NCBI GenBank assembly: GCA_963845565.1
Contig: CAWJSJ010000002.1
Coordinates: 1,920,001-1,984,000, forward strand
Source: an uncultured Methylomirabilota bacterium
GTDB lineage: Bacteria > Methylomirabilota > Methylomirabilia > Methylomirabilales > 2-02-FULL-66-22
Length of the DNA: 64,000 bases
Reading direction: 5' to 3'
Part shown: positions 49,744 to 60,166 of the stretch, piece after piece
How positions within the stretch are numbered: position 1 is the first letter of the stretch
Layout of the letters: each line of letters opens with the position of its first letter
Program-made: the position numbers and the translations under genes
Notes under the pieces: model-generated
Database searches by the model: none
What the model was told of the DNA's origin: nothing
The model's input: the letters and a program-made list of their open reading frames with translations, nothing else

Positions 49744-50640
49744 ATGGATGCCGTAATCGGTCTCGTTCGCGCCTTACTTCCGGTGACCGTGGCCCTGCGG
49801 GTACAGATCCCGCCCGACCACCCCTCCGTTGCGATCTTGGGGGACGAGCGGATGGGGTCCGGGGTGATGGTGGAGCCGGGGATCGCGCTGACCGTGAATT
49901 ACATCGTCATCGGGGCGCGGTCGATCCAGGCCACCTTCCCCGACGGGGAAAGCCACCAGGCCGAAATCGCGGCACAGGATTTCGAGACCGGGCTCGCCGT
50001 GCTTCGCTTGCCCCGGACCGAGGGCGCGAGCGCGGCCTTGGGCGACTCGCGCGCGCTCAGGCGGGGGCAGGAGGTCTTCGTTCTCGGCAGCGCCGGCGCC
50101 ACCGAGCGGCGGGTGAGCAACGGGGTCATCACGGACCTGGGGCCGTTTGACGCCTACTGGGAATACCGTCTGGAATCGGCGATTCAGTCGTCCGCCATCA
50201 ATCCCGGCTTCGGAGGCGGGCCGTTGTTCGACACCCGCGGACGCATCGTGGGCATCACCTCTCTCAATCTGGGGCAGATGGGGCGGTTCAGCCTATCGAT
50301 CCCCGTGCATCTGTACTCCGACCATCGCGAGGATCTGCTGCGTTTCGGCCGGGTGCCTGGGCGCGACCGGCGAGCCTGGATCGGCGTCTACAGCGAGCCG
50401 GCTGCCGGCGGCGTGGCGGTGGCCGGGCTGGTCCCCGATGGTCCCGCCGCCCGCGCGGGCGTTCGCGAGGGCGATCTGATCGTGGCCGTGAACTTCGCCG
50501 AGGTCGCCACGCGCGCCGAGGTCTACGACCACCTCTGGAAGCTTTCGGCGGGCGCCGTCGTGCGCCTGGGAATCCTCCGGGATGGGCAGCACGTCATCGT
50601 CGAGGTGGCGAGCGTGGATCGTACCGAGTTCTACCGGTAG
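49744..50640 (+). CDS. S1C (HtrA-like) protease-fold protein with PDZ domain
   Basis: GSGV, INPGFGGGPL, PAARAGVREGD; catalytic His/Ser appear substituted. Confidence 0.85.
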   Translation: MDAVIGLVRALLPVTVALRVQIPPDHPSVAILGDERMGSGVMVEPGIALTVNYIVIGARSIQATFPDGESHQAEIAAQDFETGLAVLRLPRTEGASAALGDSRALRRGQEVFVLGSAGATERRVSNGVITDLGPFDAYWEYRLESAIQSSAINPGFGGGPLFDTRGRIVGITSLNLGQMGRFSLSIPVHLYSDHREDLLRFGRVPGRDRRAWIGVYSEPAAGGVAVAGLVPDGPAARAGVREGDLIVAVNFAEVATRAEVYDHLWKLSAGAVVRLGILRDGQHVIVEVASVDRTEFYR

Positions 50641-50697
50641 CCGACCGGTGCCCGGCACCGGCCGGGCCGCCCGGTTTCAGCGCGCACGGGAGGGAGC

Positions 50698-52443
50698 ATG
50701 CCATCGGACATCACGGTCAGCAAGCTGCGGGGAGTGCTGGAGATCGTTCGGCTGGCAAGCGCCGAGACCGATCTGGACAAACTCTTGGCGCTGATTCCTC
50801 AGCAGGCCTGCGCCCTTCTGGAGGCGGATCGGGCGGCGCTCTATCTGCTGGACAAGGCGGCGGGAGAATTGTACTCGGCGGTCGCCCTGGGCCTGACGGA
50901 CAAGACGATCCGGCTGAAACTGCACCAAGGGGTGTCGGGGATGGTCGCCACCACCGGGAAATCCATCCTGCTGACGGATGCCTATGCCGACCCCCGATTC
51001 TATCGCGGCGTGGATGAGCTCACCGGGTATCGGACGCAGCAGATCCTGTGCGTTCCCATCAAGAACCGGCGGGAAGAGATTCTGGGGGTCCTGGAGCTCC
51101 TCAACAAGCGCACCGGCAGTTTCACGGCGGAGGATGAGGAGGTCTTGAGCCTGCTGGCCACACAGATCGGGATCGCGATGACCAACGCGCAGATCTACGA
51201 TGGGCTGCGTACCAGTCTGGATCGCCTCTCCCGTCTGATGAAGGTCGGGGCTGCCATCAGCTCGGAACTGGACCTGGACGCCCTGCTCCGGACGATCTCT
51301 CAGACCACCTCGCACCTGCTGCAGGCCGAGCGCAGCACGGTCTTTGTGATGGACCCGGTCAAGAACGAACTCTGGTCCCGGGTGGCCGAGGGGCTCGGCA
51401 ACAAGGAGATCCGCATCCCCATCACCGCGGGGATCGCGGGCCTGGTGGCCACCACCGGAAACCCGGTGCGGATCAGCGACGCGTACCAGGATCCGCGCTT
51501 CAATCCCGAAGTGGACAAGAAGACCGGCTACCAGACGCGCAGTATCCTGTGCATCCCGATGCGGAACCGTCGGGGGCAGGTGATCGGGGTCTTCCAGGTC
51601 CTGAACAAGCGGGACGGGGAGTTTACACCGCTCGACGAACAGCTTCTGGCCAGCTTGTCGTCCCAGGCCGCCGTGGCCGTTGAAAACGCCAAGCTGTACG
51701 AGGAGGTCCAACGCACGTTGGCCCAGGTGCAGGCCCTGGACCGGATGAAGACGGACTTCCTGAACGCGATCTCGCACGAGCTGCGGACGCCGCTCGCGCC
51801 CATCCTGGGGTACACCGAGATCCTCCTGGCCGGCGGGATGGGAGGGCTCCCCGCCGGTGCGGTGCGCGGCGTGCAGGCCATCGCCGACAGCGGGAAGCGC
51901 CTGTTGAACCTGATCGAGAGTCTGCTGGCCTTCATTCGCCTGGACCAGGGCGAAATGGCGTTGAAGCGCGTGCCGGTGAACGTGTCCCCCCTGCTTTCGG
52001 CGGTCGTGGAGGCCTTCCGGGCCCGAGCTGCGGAGCAAAAACTTACCCTGTGCCTCAGCGCTCCCGAGGAGTTGCCCCCCCTCCAGGCCGATCCTCAGGA
52101 GTTGACGGCGGCGATCAACCACCTGATGGATAACGCGATCAAGTTCACGCCGGCCGGGGGCACGATCAACGTGAGCGCCTGCCAGCGGCCAGGCGCCGAC
52201 GGTCACAACGGGGTCGAGATCGCGGTCCAAGACACGGGCATCGGCATCCCTGCCGACCTGCATGCGAAGGTCTTCGACCGGTTCTACCAGGTCGACAGCT
52301 CACTCACCCGGCAGTACGGCGGGGTGGGGATCGGGCTGGCCGTGGTGAAGCAGTGCATCGAGGCCCATGGGAGCAGCGTGACGGTCGAGAGCGAGCCCGG
52401 GAAGGGCTCCACGTTCCGCTTCACGCTTCCGGTCGCCGCGTAG
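50698..52443 (+). CDS. Cytoplasmic GAF-GAF histidine kinase
   Basis: Two GAF domains (DPRF..D..TGY..NK), SHELRTPL, NAIKF, GVGIGL. Confidence 0.93.
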   Translation: MPSDITVSKLRGVLEIVRLASAETDLDKLLALIPQQACALLEADRAALYLLDKAAGELYSAVALGLTDKTIRLKLHQGVSGMVATTGKSILLTDAYADPRFYRGVDELTGYRTQQILCVPIKNRREEILGVLELLNKRTGSFTAEDEEVLSLLATQIGIAMTNAQIYDGLRTSLDRLSRLMKVGAAISSELDLDALLRTISQTTSHLLQAERSTVFVMDPVKNELWSRVAEGLGNKEIRIPITAGIAGLVATTGNPVRISDAYQDPRFNPEVDKKTGYQTRSILCIPMRNRRGQVIGVFQVLNKRDGEFTPLDEQLLASLSSQAAVAVENAKLYEEVQRTLAQVQALDRMKTDFLNAISHELRTPLAPILGYTEILLAGGMGGLPAGAVRGVQAIADSGKRLLNLIESLLAFIRLDQGEMALKRVPVNVSPLLSAVVEAFRARAAEQKLTLCLSAPEELPPLQADPQELTAAINHLMDNAIKFTPAGGTINVSACQRPGADGHNGVEIAVQDTGIGIPADLHAKVFDRFYQVDSSLTRQYGGVGIGLAVVKQCIEAHGSSVTVESEPGKGSTFRFTLPVAA

Positions 52444-52603
52444 CGAACGGCGTCCTGAGGAAAAGACCGATGACCGGGCAACGGATACGGATGGCCGCGG
52501 AAACCATCCGGATGGTCGTTCCTGCACGCAACGGTCGCGCCGGTGCGCCCCGGCGATCCGAACGACGGTGATCCCTCCTGCTCGGTGTCCCCGCATCCGC
52601 GCC

Positions 52604-53056
52604 ATGACCCGGCATGACGTTCCGCGGGTCGCGGCGATCGAGCGTGACGCCTTCGGCCGCGAGGCATGGCCGGCACAGGCATTCAAGGATCTATTGGCGG
52701 CCTTCTCGCGGGCCACGCCTCTTCGCGGCGCGATGTGGGTGGCGGACGATTCCGCGACCGGCGAGATCCTGGGCTACGCCGGCGTGGAGGTGAGCGCGCT
52801 CTGGGGCGAGATGGACATCATCAACATCGCCGTGGCCGCCGCCCACCGGCGTCGCGGCGTGGGGCAGCGCCTGCTGCGGCGGATCGTCGGTCTGTGCCGC
52901 CGCCGGGGCGTCTCGCTGCTCTGGCTCCGGGTGCGGGCGTCCAACCGTGGCGCGCGGCGGTTCTATCGGCAGATGGGCTTCCAGGCTCGGGGCCGGTTCC
53001 AGGGCTACTACGTGGACCCCGACGAGCCCGCCGTGATCATGGCGATGGAGCTGTGA
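52604..53056 (+). CDS. rimI: RimI-like GNAT acetyltransferase
   Basis: NIAV..RRRGVG, VRASN..FY..GF..YY. Confidence 0.8.
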   Translation: MTRHDVPRVAAIERDAFGREAWPAQAFKDLLAAFSRATPLRGAMWVADDSATGEILGYAGVEVSALWGEMDIINIAVAAAHRRRGVGQRLLRRIVGLCRRRGVSLLWLRVRASNRGARRFYRQMGFQARGRFQGYYVDPDEPAVIMAMEL

Positions 53057-53530
53057 TCAGAACGGCGGGGGCGACGAGCGCCGCCGCCTTCTCCGGGTGC
53101 GGCCCCCGCCAAATCACTCCGCCCAGCGTCCTTGCTGCGTGGGAGTCCGCTCCAGTTTTGCGGGTGCCGCTCCCCCGGCACTCCAATTGAGCAATAGTCC
53201 AGGGGCAAACGACGGCACAAGAACCCCTTCCCGCCGTCCCGTCCGACAGGAATCCTCAGCGCGTTCCCCAACGTCCCTTATGTTACGTACGTCTCTCATG
53301 TCCTGGAACAAGGGGGTGTTTGTAATTGACACCGGGGTACTCTTTGAATATCATACCAAAATACACCGCTTTTAACTATCCTTTGATTTATGGGATGTTA
53401 CGCGGAAAACACCCAACATCCCGACCATCTCGGTGTTCTTCTCTAACTTCTTAGTCTGTCAATAGTCGTTCCCGTGCCGTACATTGGGCGTTCGGCGCTA
53501 TTCGCCACAAGGCAGGAAAGGGAGGACACC

Positions 53531-54916
53531 ATGACGACGGTGCAAGCCAAGCCCATCGAGGAGTTGAAGGTCGGCTTCACGGGAGAGATTCTGCTTCCGA
53601 GCGACGACGCCTACGACAACGCGCGGACGATCTGGAACGCGATGATCGACAAGCGCCCCGCGGTGATCGCGCGCTGCGCCACCACGGCGGACGTCGTCCG
53701 CGGGGTTAACTTTGCGCGAGACACCGGGCTCGTGCTCGCGGTCCGCGGCGGCGGACACCACATCGCCGGCAATGCCCTGTGCGACGACGGACTCGTGATC
53801 GACCTGTCGAAGATGAAGGCGGCGCGCGTGGACCCCGCCCGGCGCCGCGTGACCATCGAGGGCGGGGCCACGCTCGCGGACCTTGACGCCGCCACCCAGG
53901 CTCACGGCCTCGCCACGCCCGTCGGCATCAATTCCACCACCGGAATCGCCGGGCTGACGCTCGGCGGGGGCTTCGGCTGGCTCAGCCGCAAGTACGGCAT
54001 GACGGTTGACAATCTCGAGTCCGCCGAGGTCGTGACCGCCGCCGGTGAGGTGGTGCGCGCCAGTGCGAGCGAGCACCCCGACCTCTTCTGGGCCCTCCGG
54101 GGCGGCGGCGGCAACTTCGGCGTGGTCACGCGTTTCGAGTTCCGGCTCCACCCGGTCGGCCCGGACGTGCTGAGCGGGCTGATCGTGTATCCGATCTCCG
54201 AGGCGAAAACGGTGCTGCAGCAGTACCGCGACTTCTGCGCCAAGGCGCCGGAGGAGCTCGCCGTGTGGGCGGTCCTGCGCCAGGCGCCCCCGCTGCCGTT
54301 CCTGCCCAAAGAGGTCCACGGTCAGGGGATCGTGGCCCTCGCGCTGCTCTACGCGGGGGACCCGAAACAGGGGGCACCGCTCATCGCGCCACTACGCACG
54401 TTCGGCACGCCCCTGGGCGAACACGTCGGCGTCCAGCCGTACGTCGCCTGGCAGCAGGCGTTCGACCCGCTGCTCACCGCCGGCGCCCGGAATTACTGGA
54501 AGTCCCACAACCTCGCGACGCTCCAGGAGGGGCTCTTCGATGCCGTCATCGCGGCCGTCGGGACACTGCCGTCCCCGCAGTGCGAGATCTTCTTCGGCGC
54601 TATCGGCGGGGCCACTACCCGGCCGGCCCCGGATGCCGCGGCGTACGCCCACCGCGACGCCCAGTTCGTCATGAATGTCCACGGCCGCTGGGAGGCCCCG
54701 GCCGACGACACGCGCGGCATCGGCTGGGCGCGCGACTTCTTCAAAGCCTCGGCCCCCTTCGCCAGCGGCGGCGCCTACGTCAATTTCCTCACCGCCGACG
54801 AAGGCGATCGCGTGCGCGCCGCCTACGGCCCGAACTACGCGCGCCTCGCCCAGGTGAAGCGCACGTACGACCCGGACAACCTCTTTCGCACGAACCAGAA
54901 TATCGCGCCCGCCTGA
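53531..54916 (+). CDS. FAD-binding oxidoreductase (berberine bridge enzyme-like)
   Basis: RGGGH, GLTLGGG, WALRGGGGNFG, YVNF, YDPDNLF. Confidence 0.94.
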   Translation: MTTVQAKPIEELKVGFTGEILLPSDDAYDNARTIWNAMIDKRPAVIARCATTADVVRGVNFARDTGLVLAVRGGGHHIAGNALCDDGLVIDLSKMKAARVDPARRRVTIEGGATLADLDAATQAHGLATPVGINSTTGIAGLTLGGGFGWLSRKYGMTVDNLESAEVVTAAGEVVRASASEHPDLFWALRGGGGNFGVVTRFEFRLHPVGPDVLSGLIVYPISEAKTVLQQYRDFCAKAPEELAVWAVLRQAPPLPFLPKEVHGQGIVALALLYAGDPKQGAPLIAPLRTFGTPLGEHVGVQPYVAWQQAFDPLLTAGARNYWKSHNLATLQEGLFDAVIAAVGTLPSPQCEIFFGAIGGATTRPAPDAAAYAHRDAQFVMNVHGRWEAPADDTRGIGWARDFFKASAPFASGGAYVNFLTADEGDRVRAAYGPNYARLAQVKRTYDPDNLFRTNQNIAPA

Positions 54917-54927
54917 GCGGACCCGAT

Positions 54928-54990
54928 GGCCCCGCCAACCGGTTGCAGCGGCCGGCGCGTCGCGGCGCCGCTGCAACCGGAGCGGTGGCC
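54928..54990 (+). other. attC-like imperfect palindrome (decayed integron cassette site?)
   Basis: Perfect 14-bp arms CCGGTTGCAGCGGC/GCCGCTGCAACCGG plus outer GGCC arms; no U-tract. Confidence 0.45.
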
Positions 54991-55006
54991 TGTCGAAAGG
55001 TGAGGC

Positions 55007-56038
55007 ATGAACGACCATAGCGAGTCGCACTACGACCCCCTTGCGGTCACGGGTGGATCGGTGACCCGGCGCCGGCTCCTTCTCGCGCTGGGAGCGGCAC
55101 TGGTCCTCCGCGCGCCGTCGGCGGGGGCGCAAACGCGCCCGGTGCACCGGGTAGCGTGGCTGTCCGGCAGCCGCGAGGCCGATACGGTGGAATCCCTCGC
55201 GGCGTTCCTGAACGGCCTCCGCGACCTCGGCTACCGTCAAGGCGACAATCTCGTGGTCGAGGCCCGCTGGGCCGACTACGTGCCCGGACGTGCGACCCAG
55301 TTGGCCGGCGAGCTCGCCACGCTGCGGCCCGCGGTTATCGTCACCCAGGGCGCCGCGCACGGGTCCGCGGTGCGCCACTCGCCGCCGCTTCCCGTGGTCT
55401 TCCTCCACAGCGGCGATCCCGTGGAGGCCGGTCTTGCGGAGAGCTTCGCGCGCCCCGGGCGCAATGGCACGGGCATCTCGCTGCTCGCCCTCGAACTGAC
55501 TGGGAAGCGCATGGAGTTGCTCAAACAGATGGTGCCGAACCTGCGCCGCGTAGCGTTCCTGGCCAATCCGGAGCACCCGGGCGAGCAACGGGAGCTCGCC
55601 GCGTCGCGCGCCGCGGCCGCTCAGCTCGGCCTCGAGGTCACCTACTACCAAACCCGCACCCCCGCCGAACTCGACACCGCGCTGGTCGCCGTGGCCGCCG
55701 CCCGCCCGGAGGGGGCCGTCCTCTTCTCTGACGCGCTCATGTTCGGCCAACGTCAGAAGCTGGCGGCGTTCTTTCTGCAGCACCGGATCCCGAGCGCGAC
55801 GGGCTGGTCGGACTTCCCCGAGAGTGGGCATCTGCTGTCGTATGGACCGGAGCGACGCGCGGCGTGGCGCCGCGTGGCATACTTCGTCGACAAGATCCTC
55901 AAGGGCGCGCGCCCGGCGGACCTGCCGATCGAACTCCCGACGGTCCTCGAGACGGTGATCAATCGCCGCACCGCGACCGCGATGCACCTGAATGTGCCGC
56001 CCACCATCCTGGTGCGCGCGGATCGCGTGGTCGAGTAA
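55007..56038 (+). CDS. ABC transporter substrate-binding protein (ABC_sub_bind type)
   Basis: Tat-like TRRRLL signal, DPVEAGL, RPGRNGTG, KILKGARPADLPIE, RADRVVE. Confidence 0.9.
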   Translation: MNDHSESHYDPLAVTGGSVTRRRLLLALGAALVLRAPSAGAQTRPVHRVAWLSGSREADTVESLAAFLNGLRDLGYRQGDNLVVEARWADYVPGRATQLAGELATLRPAVIVTQGAAHGSAVRHSPPLPVVFLHSGDPVEAGLAESFARPGRNGTGISLLALELTGKRMELLKQMVPNLRRVAFLANPEHPGEQRELAASRAAAAQLGLEVTYYQTRTPAELDTALVAVAAARPEGAVLFSDALMFGQRQKLAAFFLQHRIPSATGWSDFPESGHLLSYGPERRAAWRRVAYFVDKILKGARPADLPIELPTVLETVINRRTATAMHLNVPPTILVRADRVVE

Positions 56039-56180
56039 CGGGCGACCCAGGCACTTCCGAGGCGCAACGGCGCAGGCGAGTGGTGCGGGTACGTGTAATA
56101 GGGGACCGTTCGGCCTGGGCGGCGCCGCGACGCGGCGATTGAGGATACAACGTATGTGAGGCGGTCACGGTACCGCGCTG

Positions 56181-57339
56181 TCATTGGACCGGCGGCGTGA
56201 CGACCTCGGGGGTATCCACGACGCCGTGGCGGTGGAACGCCCCGTCCCTGACGATCTGGAACTGAACAGGCTTCACCACCTCGCCCTTGATGAACCTGCG
56301 GATCTTGCCCGTGAGGCCGTTGTAGTCCTTGGTCTCGTTCAAAGCCTTGATCACGTCCTGGCCGTTGGTGGTGCCGGCCCGGCCGATGGCGTTGGCCAGG
56401 ACCATGAAGGCATCGAAGCTCGAGGCGCCGACCATGTCGAGGGGGATGCGGTAGGCGGCCTGGAAAGCCTTGAGGCGCGCCTGGACGGCCGGCCGCGGGT
56501 CGTCCCGGTCCAGGTTCGTGGCGACGATGACCCCTTCGGCGGTGCCCTTGGCGAGCTCGATGAACTTCGGCGAGTCGAATCCGCCCTTGGCCAGGATCGG
56601 GACGGCGAGGCCCAGTTCCTTGGCTTGAAGGGTGATCAGGGCGGCCACGTCGTGGTACCCGGCGGCGAAGAGCAGGTCCGGCCGGGCCGCCTTGATCCGG
56701 GTCAGGAGCGGGCGGAAGTCCTTCTCGCCGGGGTACGTGTACCACTGCTGGGTGAGTACCGGCACCCCCAGTGCCTCCACCCGCGCGACGAAGCCCGCGG
56801 CGATCTCGCGACCGAAGTCGTTGTCGACGCTGAGCACGGCCGGCCGCCGACTCGCCAGGGCCCGTACCGCGTACTCGCCCGCCGCCCCGCCCTCCACCGC
56901 ACCCAGGAAAGCCGATGCGGAAGTTGGAGTCGCTCCCCCGGGTCACATCCGGATGAACGGCGTACCCGGCCACCATGGGCACCCGGGCTCGGGCGAAGAG
57001 GGGGGCCGTCACGCGGGAGGGCCCGCTGAAGGCGCCGCTCACCACGCCCACGACCTGGTCCTTCTCGATCAGCTTGTGGGCGATCGCCACCGCCTCCTGG
57101 GGGTTGAGCCGGTCGTCGTACACGATCACCTCCACCGGCCTCCCCAGGAGGCCGCCGGCCGTATTGACTTCCTTCAGGGCGAGCTCGACCGCCTGCCGGG
57201 CGCTGGCGCCGTCCGCCGCCACCGGGCCGGTGAGGGGGCCGAAGAAGCCGAGCCTCAGGGGCGCCTGGGCGCCCGCGGGCGCGAGCAAGCCCCCGAGGAG
57301 GACCAGCACGCCGAATCCGATCCACAGCCTATGCCCCAT
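56181..57339 (-). CDS. Branched-chain amino acid ABC substrate-binding protein, apparent frameshift ~56903
   Basis: GPLTG, GGLLGRPVEVIVYDD, then DNDFGR..KDFRPLLT..GLTGKI in a second frame. Confidence 0.85.
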
Positions 57340-57350
57340 CCACGTTCCCC

Positions 57351-57575
57351 TAGCCCGGATTATCCACGAAGGATTCGTGCATAATCCGGGCTTACCGGAC
57401 GAGCCGCTATTCCCGCCTGCAGCGGGAGGATACGAGGTGGCGGGCGGACCGGGTACCCATGCGCCAGGATGGGTGCGGTATCACCGCGTACCAGCGACGC
57501 CGGATCCGTTCCGGACCGCCGCCCCCAAGGGTTCCTGTTAAGCCCGCATTGTTCGCGAGGTGTGGTCGCGAATAA
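57351..57575 (+). repeat. Double-hairpin repeat, left copy (contains insertion, second hairpin truncated)
   Basis: AGCCCGGATTATCCACGAA-GGA-TTCGTGCATAATCCGGGCT .. GATCCGTTCCGGACC .. TTAAGCCCGCATTG. Confidence 0.75.
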
Positions 57576-57626
57576 GATGATCGTACAATGCGTGGGCGCG
57601 TGACGAAACGGCGGCGTGCCGACCCC

Positions 57627-58703
57627 CTACGACACGATGCGGAGTGCCTTGTCGTGGCGGTTCAGCACGTCGCAGCCATCCTCCGTCACGAGCACCAGAT
57701 CTTCGATCCGGATGCCGAACTTGCCCGGTACCTTGACGCTGGGCTCGATGGAGAAGACCATTCCCGGCTGGACTGGGTCGGTGTTGGCCGCCGACACGTC
57801 GCCGGACTCGTGCACGTCGAGACCGATGGAGTGCCCCGTTCGGTGGGTAAACTGCGCGGCGTACCCGGCCGCCGCGATATGGTCCCTGGCGGCCGCATCG
57901 ATGTCGCAGAATCGCACCCCGGGTCGCACCATGGCAATTGCCCGGCGCTGCGCTTCCAGCACGATGGCGTACACGGCGCGGGCATCCTCGGGCGCCTGCT
58001 GGTAGAACACCGTCCGCGTCATGTCGGAGCAGTACGAGTCCTTCCGGCAGCCGATGTCGATGATCACGCTGTCGCCTGTATTCAGGAGACGGCGGTCGGG
58101 CGCGTGGTGCGATTCGGCCGCGTTCGGTCCGTACGCGATGATCGGCTCGAAGGAGCACCCCTCCGCGCCCAACTCCTCGTAAATCTCCGGCACGCATTGG
58201 GCCAGGCGTTTCTCCGAATACCGCTTCGGGAGCAAGGCGACGATTCTCGCGAGCGCGAGGTCGTTCAAGCGGGATGCTTCCCGCATCAACTCCCGTTCCT
58301 CCGCGTCCTTCCGCATGCGAAGCCGGTCGAGAATCGCGGAGGCGTTGACGAAGTGGTGGCTCGGCCGCACCTCCATCAGTCGCAAGAGAAAACGGGCCGG
58401 CCAGGTCTTGTCAATCCCCACGGTGCGCTCGATGTCCAGCGACCCCGCGAGCAACTCCACCCCATCCTGGTTATCGTTGATCCAGATCTTCTCCACGCCC
58501 AGCTCTTCCGGGACCGAAAACAGCTCATTGACGAACAGCGCATGCCGTCCGGTGCGACTGAGACGCAGCGCCAGCATTCGTTGACCGGGGTGAATCCACT
58601 TGCCCGTCAGGTAGTAGATGGCCGCCGGATCGGACACGACCATCTGCGAAATGCCGCCATCCGCCATCTTGCGCAGCACACTCTGGAGCCGGTTAGGGTT
58701 CAT
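57627..58703 (-). CDS. Xaa-Pro peptidase (M24 family)
   Basis: IDIG..YCSDMTRT, HRTGHSIGLDVHE, SIEP, GIRIEDLV. Confidence 0.93.
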   Translation of the reverse strand: MNPNRLQSVLRKMADGGISQMVVSDPAAIYYLTGKWIHPGQRMLALRLSRTGRHALFVNELFSVPEELGVEKIWINDNQDGVELLAGSLDIERTVGIDKTWPARFLLRLMEVRPSHHFVNASAILDRLRMRKDAEERELMREASRLNDLALARIVALLPKRYSEKRLAQCVPEIYEELGAEGCSFEPIIAYGPNAAESHHAPDRRLLNTGDSVIIDIGCRKDSYCSDMTRTVFYQQAPEDARAVYAIVLEAQRRAIAMVRPGVRFCDIDAAARDHIAAAGYAAQFTHRTGHSIGLDVHESGDVSAANTDPVQPGMVFSIEPSVKVPGKFGIRIEDLVLVTEDGCDVLNRHDKALRIVS

Positions 58704-58831
58704 CGACCACCTCGTCGCCGCCGACAGTAATGGATCGCGAAGGCGAGAACAGGACAGGGACGCCTGCCGTTCTCTGGGAGCCAGAGAGGCCACGCCGCGG
58801 GACGCGCTCCCGGCCGCGCCCCGTATGGCCG

Positions 58832-58976
58832 AGCCCGGATTCTTCACGAAGGACTCGTGAAGGATCCGGGCTTACCTGTACCGGCGACACCTGATCCGTT
58901 CCGGACCCCCAGCGCTCAAAGGTTCTTATTAAGCCCGCATTGGTCGCGAGTCGTGTTCGCGAACAATGCGGGCTAG
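58832..58976 (+). repeat. Double-hairpin repeat, right copy
   Basis: AGCCCGGATTCTTCACGAA..TCGTGAAGGATCCGGGCT .. AGCCCGCATTGGTCGCGA..TCGCGAACAATGCGGGCT. Confidence 0.75.
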
Positions 58977-59252
58977 TATCTGGCGCCCCGGTTGCGGCTG
59001 TCAACGGGAAAGCCGGCCGCCGCCGATCCGTGCGTTACGGCACGCCACCCTTGTGCCGGATCGACGCATCGAGCGCGCGTTGTCCAACACAGAGTTATAG
59101 TCCACACGTGCAGGGGTGGCCTGCCTGACCTGCCCCCGCGGAAATTGGTCTAGCGAGAAAGTCGCAGCGGGCTCTATGATACCATCCGCATCGTCCACGA
59201 ACCCGATCCGTTCGACAACTCGAGGAGCGACCCACTTACGAGGAGACACGCC

Positions 59253-59996
59253 ATGCTCACCGCGGCACAGATTGAGGAGTTGAAGGAGTTCGACACCCCG
59301 ACCATCGCCAACGCCATCGAGTTCTTCGGTGTGCAGCCCAAGACCCAAGGATTCATGAAGCCAGGGATCCGGAAGGTCTTCGACAACGGCCGGCGGATGG
59401 TCGGGTACGCCGTGACCGCCAAGATCGCGGCGACGACCCCGCCGACCGAGGCGCAGAAGCCCCTGGCCGCGCAGTACTACGCCACCGTCAAGGCGGCCCC
59501 CAAGCCGACCGTGACGGTGCTGCAGGACGTGGATCCCGAACCGACGGGCTCCTTCTGGGGCGAGGTGCAGGTCTCCATCCATCGGTCCCTCGGCTGCGTC
59601 GGCGTCGTCACCAACGGGGGCGTGCGGGATCTCGACGAGGTCAAGCACCTCGACTTCGAATACTTCGCGAGTTGCCTGCTCGTCTCCCACGCCTATATCC
59701 ATGTCGAAGCGGTCGCATGCCCGGTGGAGGTGGGCGGCCTCACCGTCCACCCCGGCGAGCTCCTCCACGCCGACACCCACGGCGTGGCCCTGATCCCCGC
59801 CGCCGTGGCCCCCCATCTCGCCGCGGCGTGCCGCGCGGCCCAGGACGCCGAGACGCCGGTCATCGGCAACTGCCGGAAGCACTTCGCGGCGGGCGATGCC
59901 GACGTCGCGCGCCTCGCGGAGTGGCGGGCCGAGATGATCGCCCGTCGGGCGAAGGCCCTGGAGAAGTTCTCGGCATTGGTCAAGGCGGCGAAGTGA
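59253..59996 (+). CDS. RraA/HMG aldolase family protein
   Basis: FDTPTIANAIE, FWGEV, TNGGVRD, HADTHGV. Confidence 0.88.
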   Translation: MLTAAQIEELKEFDTPTIANAIEFFGVQPKTQGFMKPGIRKVFDNGRRMVGYAVTAKIAATTPPTEAQKPLAAQYYATVKAAPKPTVTVLQDVDPEPTGSFWGEVQVSIHRSLGCVGVVTNGGVRDLDEVKHLDFEYFASCLLVSHAYIHVEAVACPVEVGGLTVHPGELLHADTHGVALIPAAVAPHLAAACRAAQDAETPVIGNCRKHFAAGDADVARLAEWRAEMIARRAKALEKFSALVKAAK

Positions 59997-60166
59997 GATC
60001 CGTTCAGGGGTGAAATAGGTGGGTGGCGAACTCTCAGCACAGGGCCGGGATGGCATCCAGGACCTGTCCGTGGACGCTCGCGCGGAGCGCTGGACGATTC
60101 CCGCCCATGTTGATATGATCCCGCCCGGCTCGAATCCGACAACGCAAAGCCTGCCTGGAGGTCTGG

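Noticed and set aside
53056..53340. Integron integrase remnant upstream of the putative cassette
   Set aside because: No tyrosine recombinase motifs in the translated frames examined
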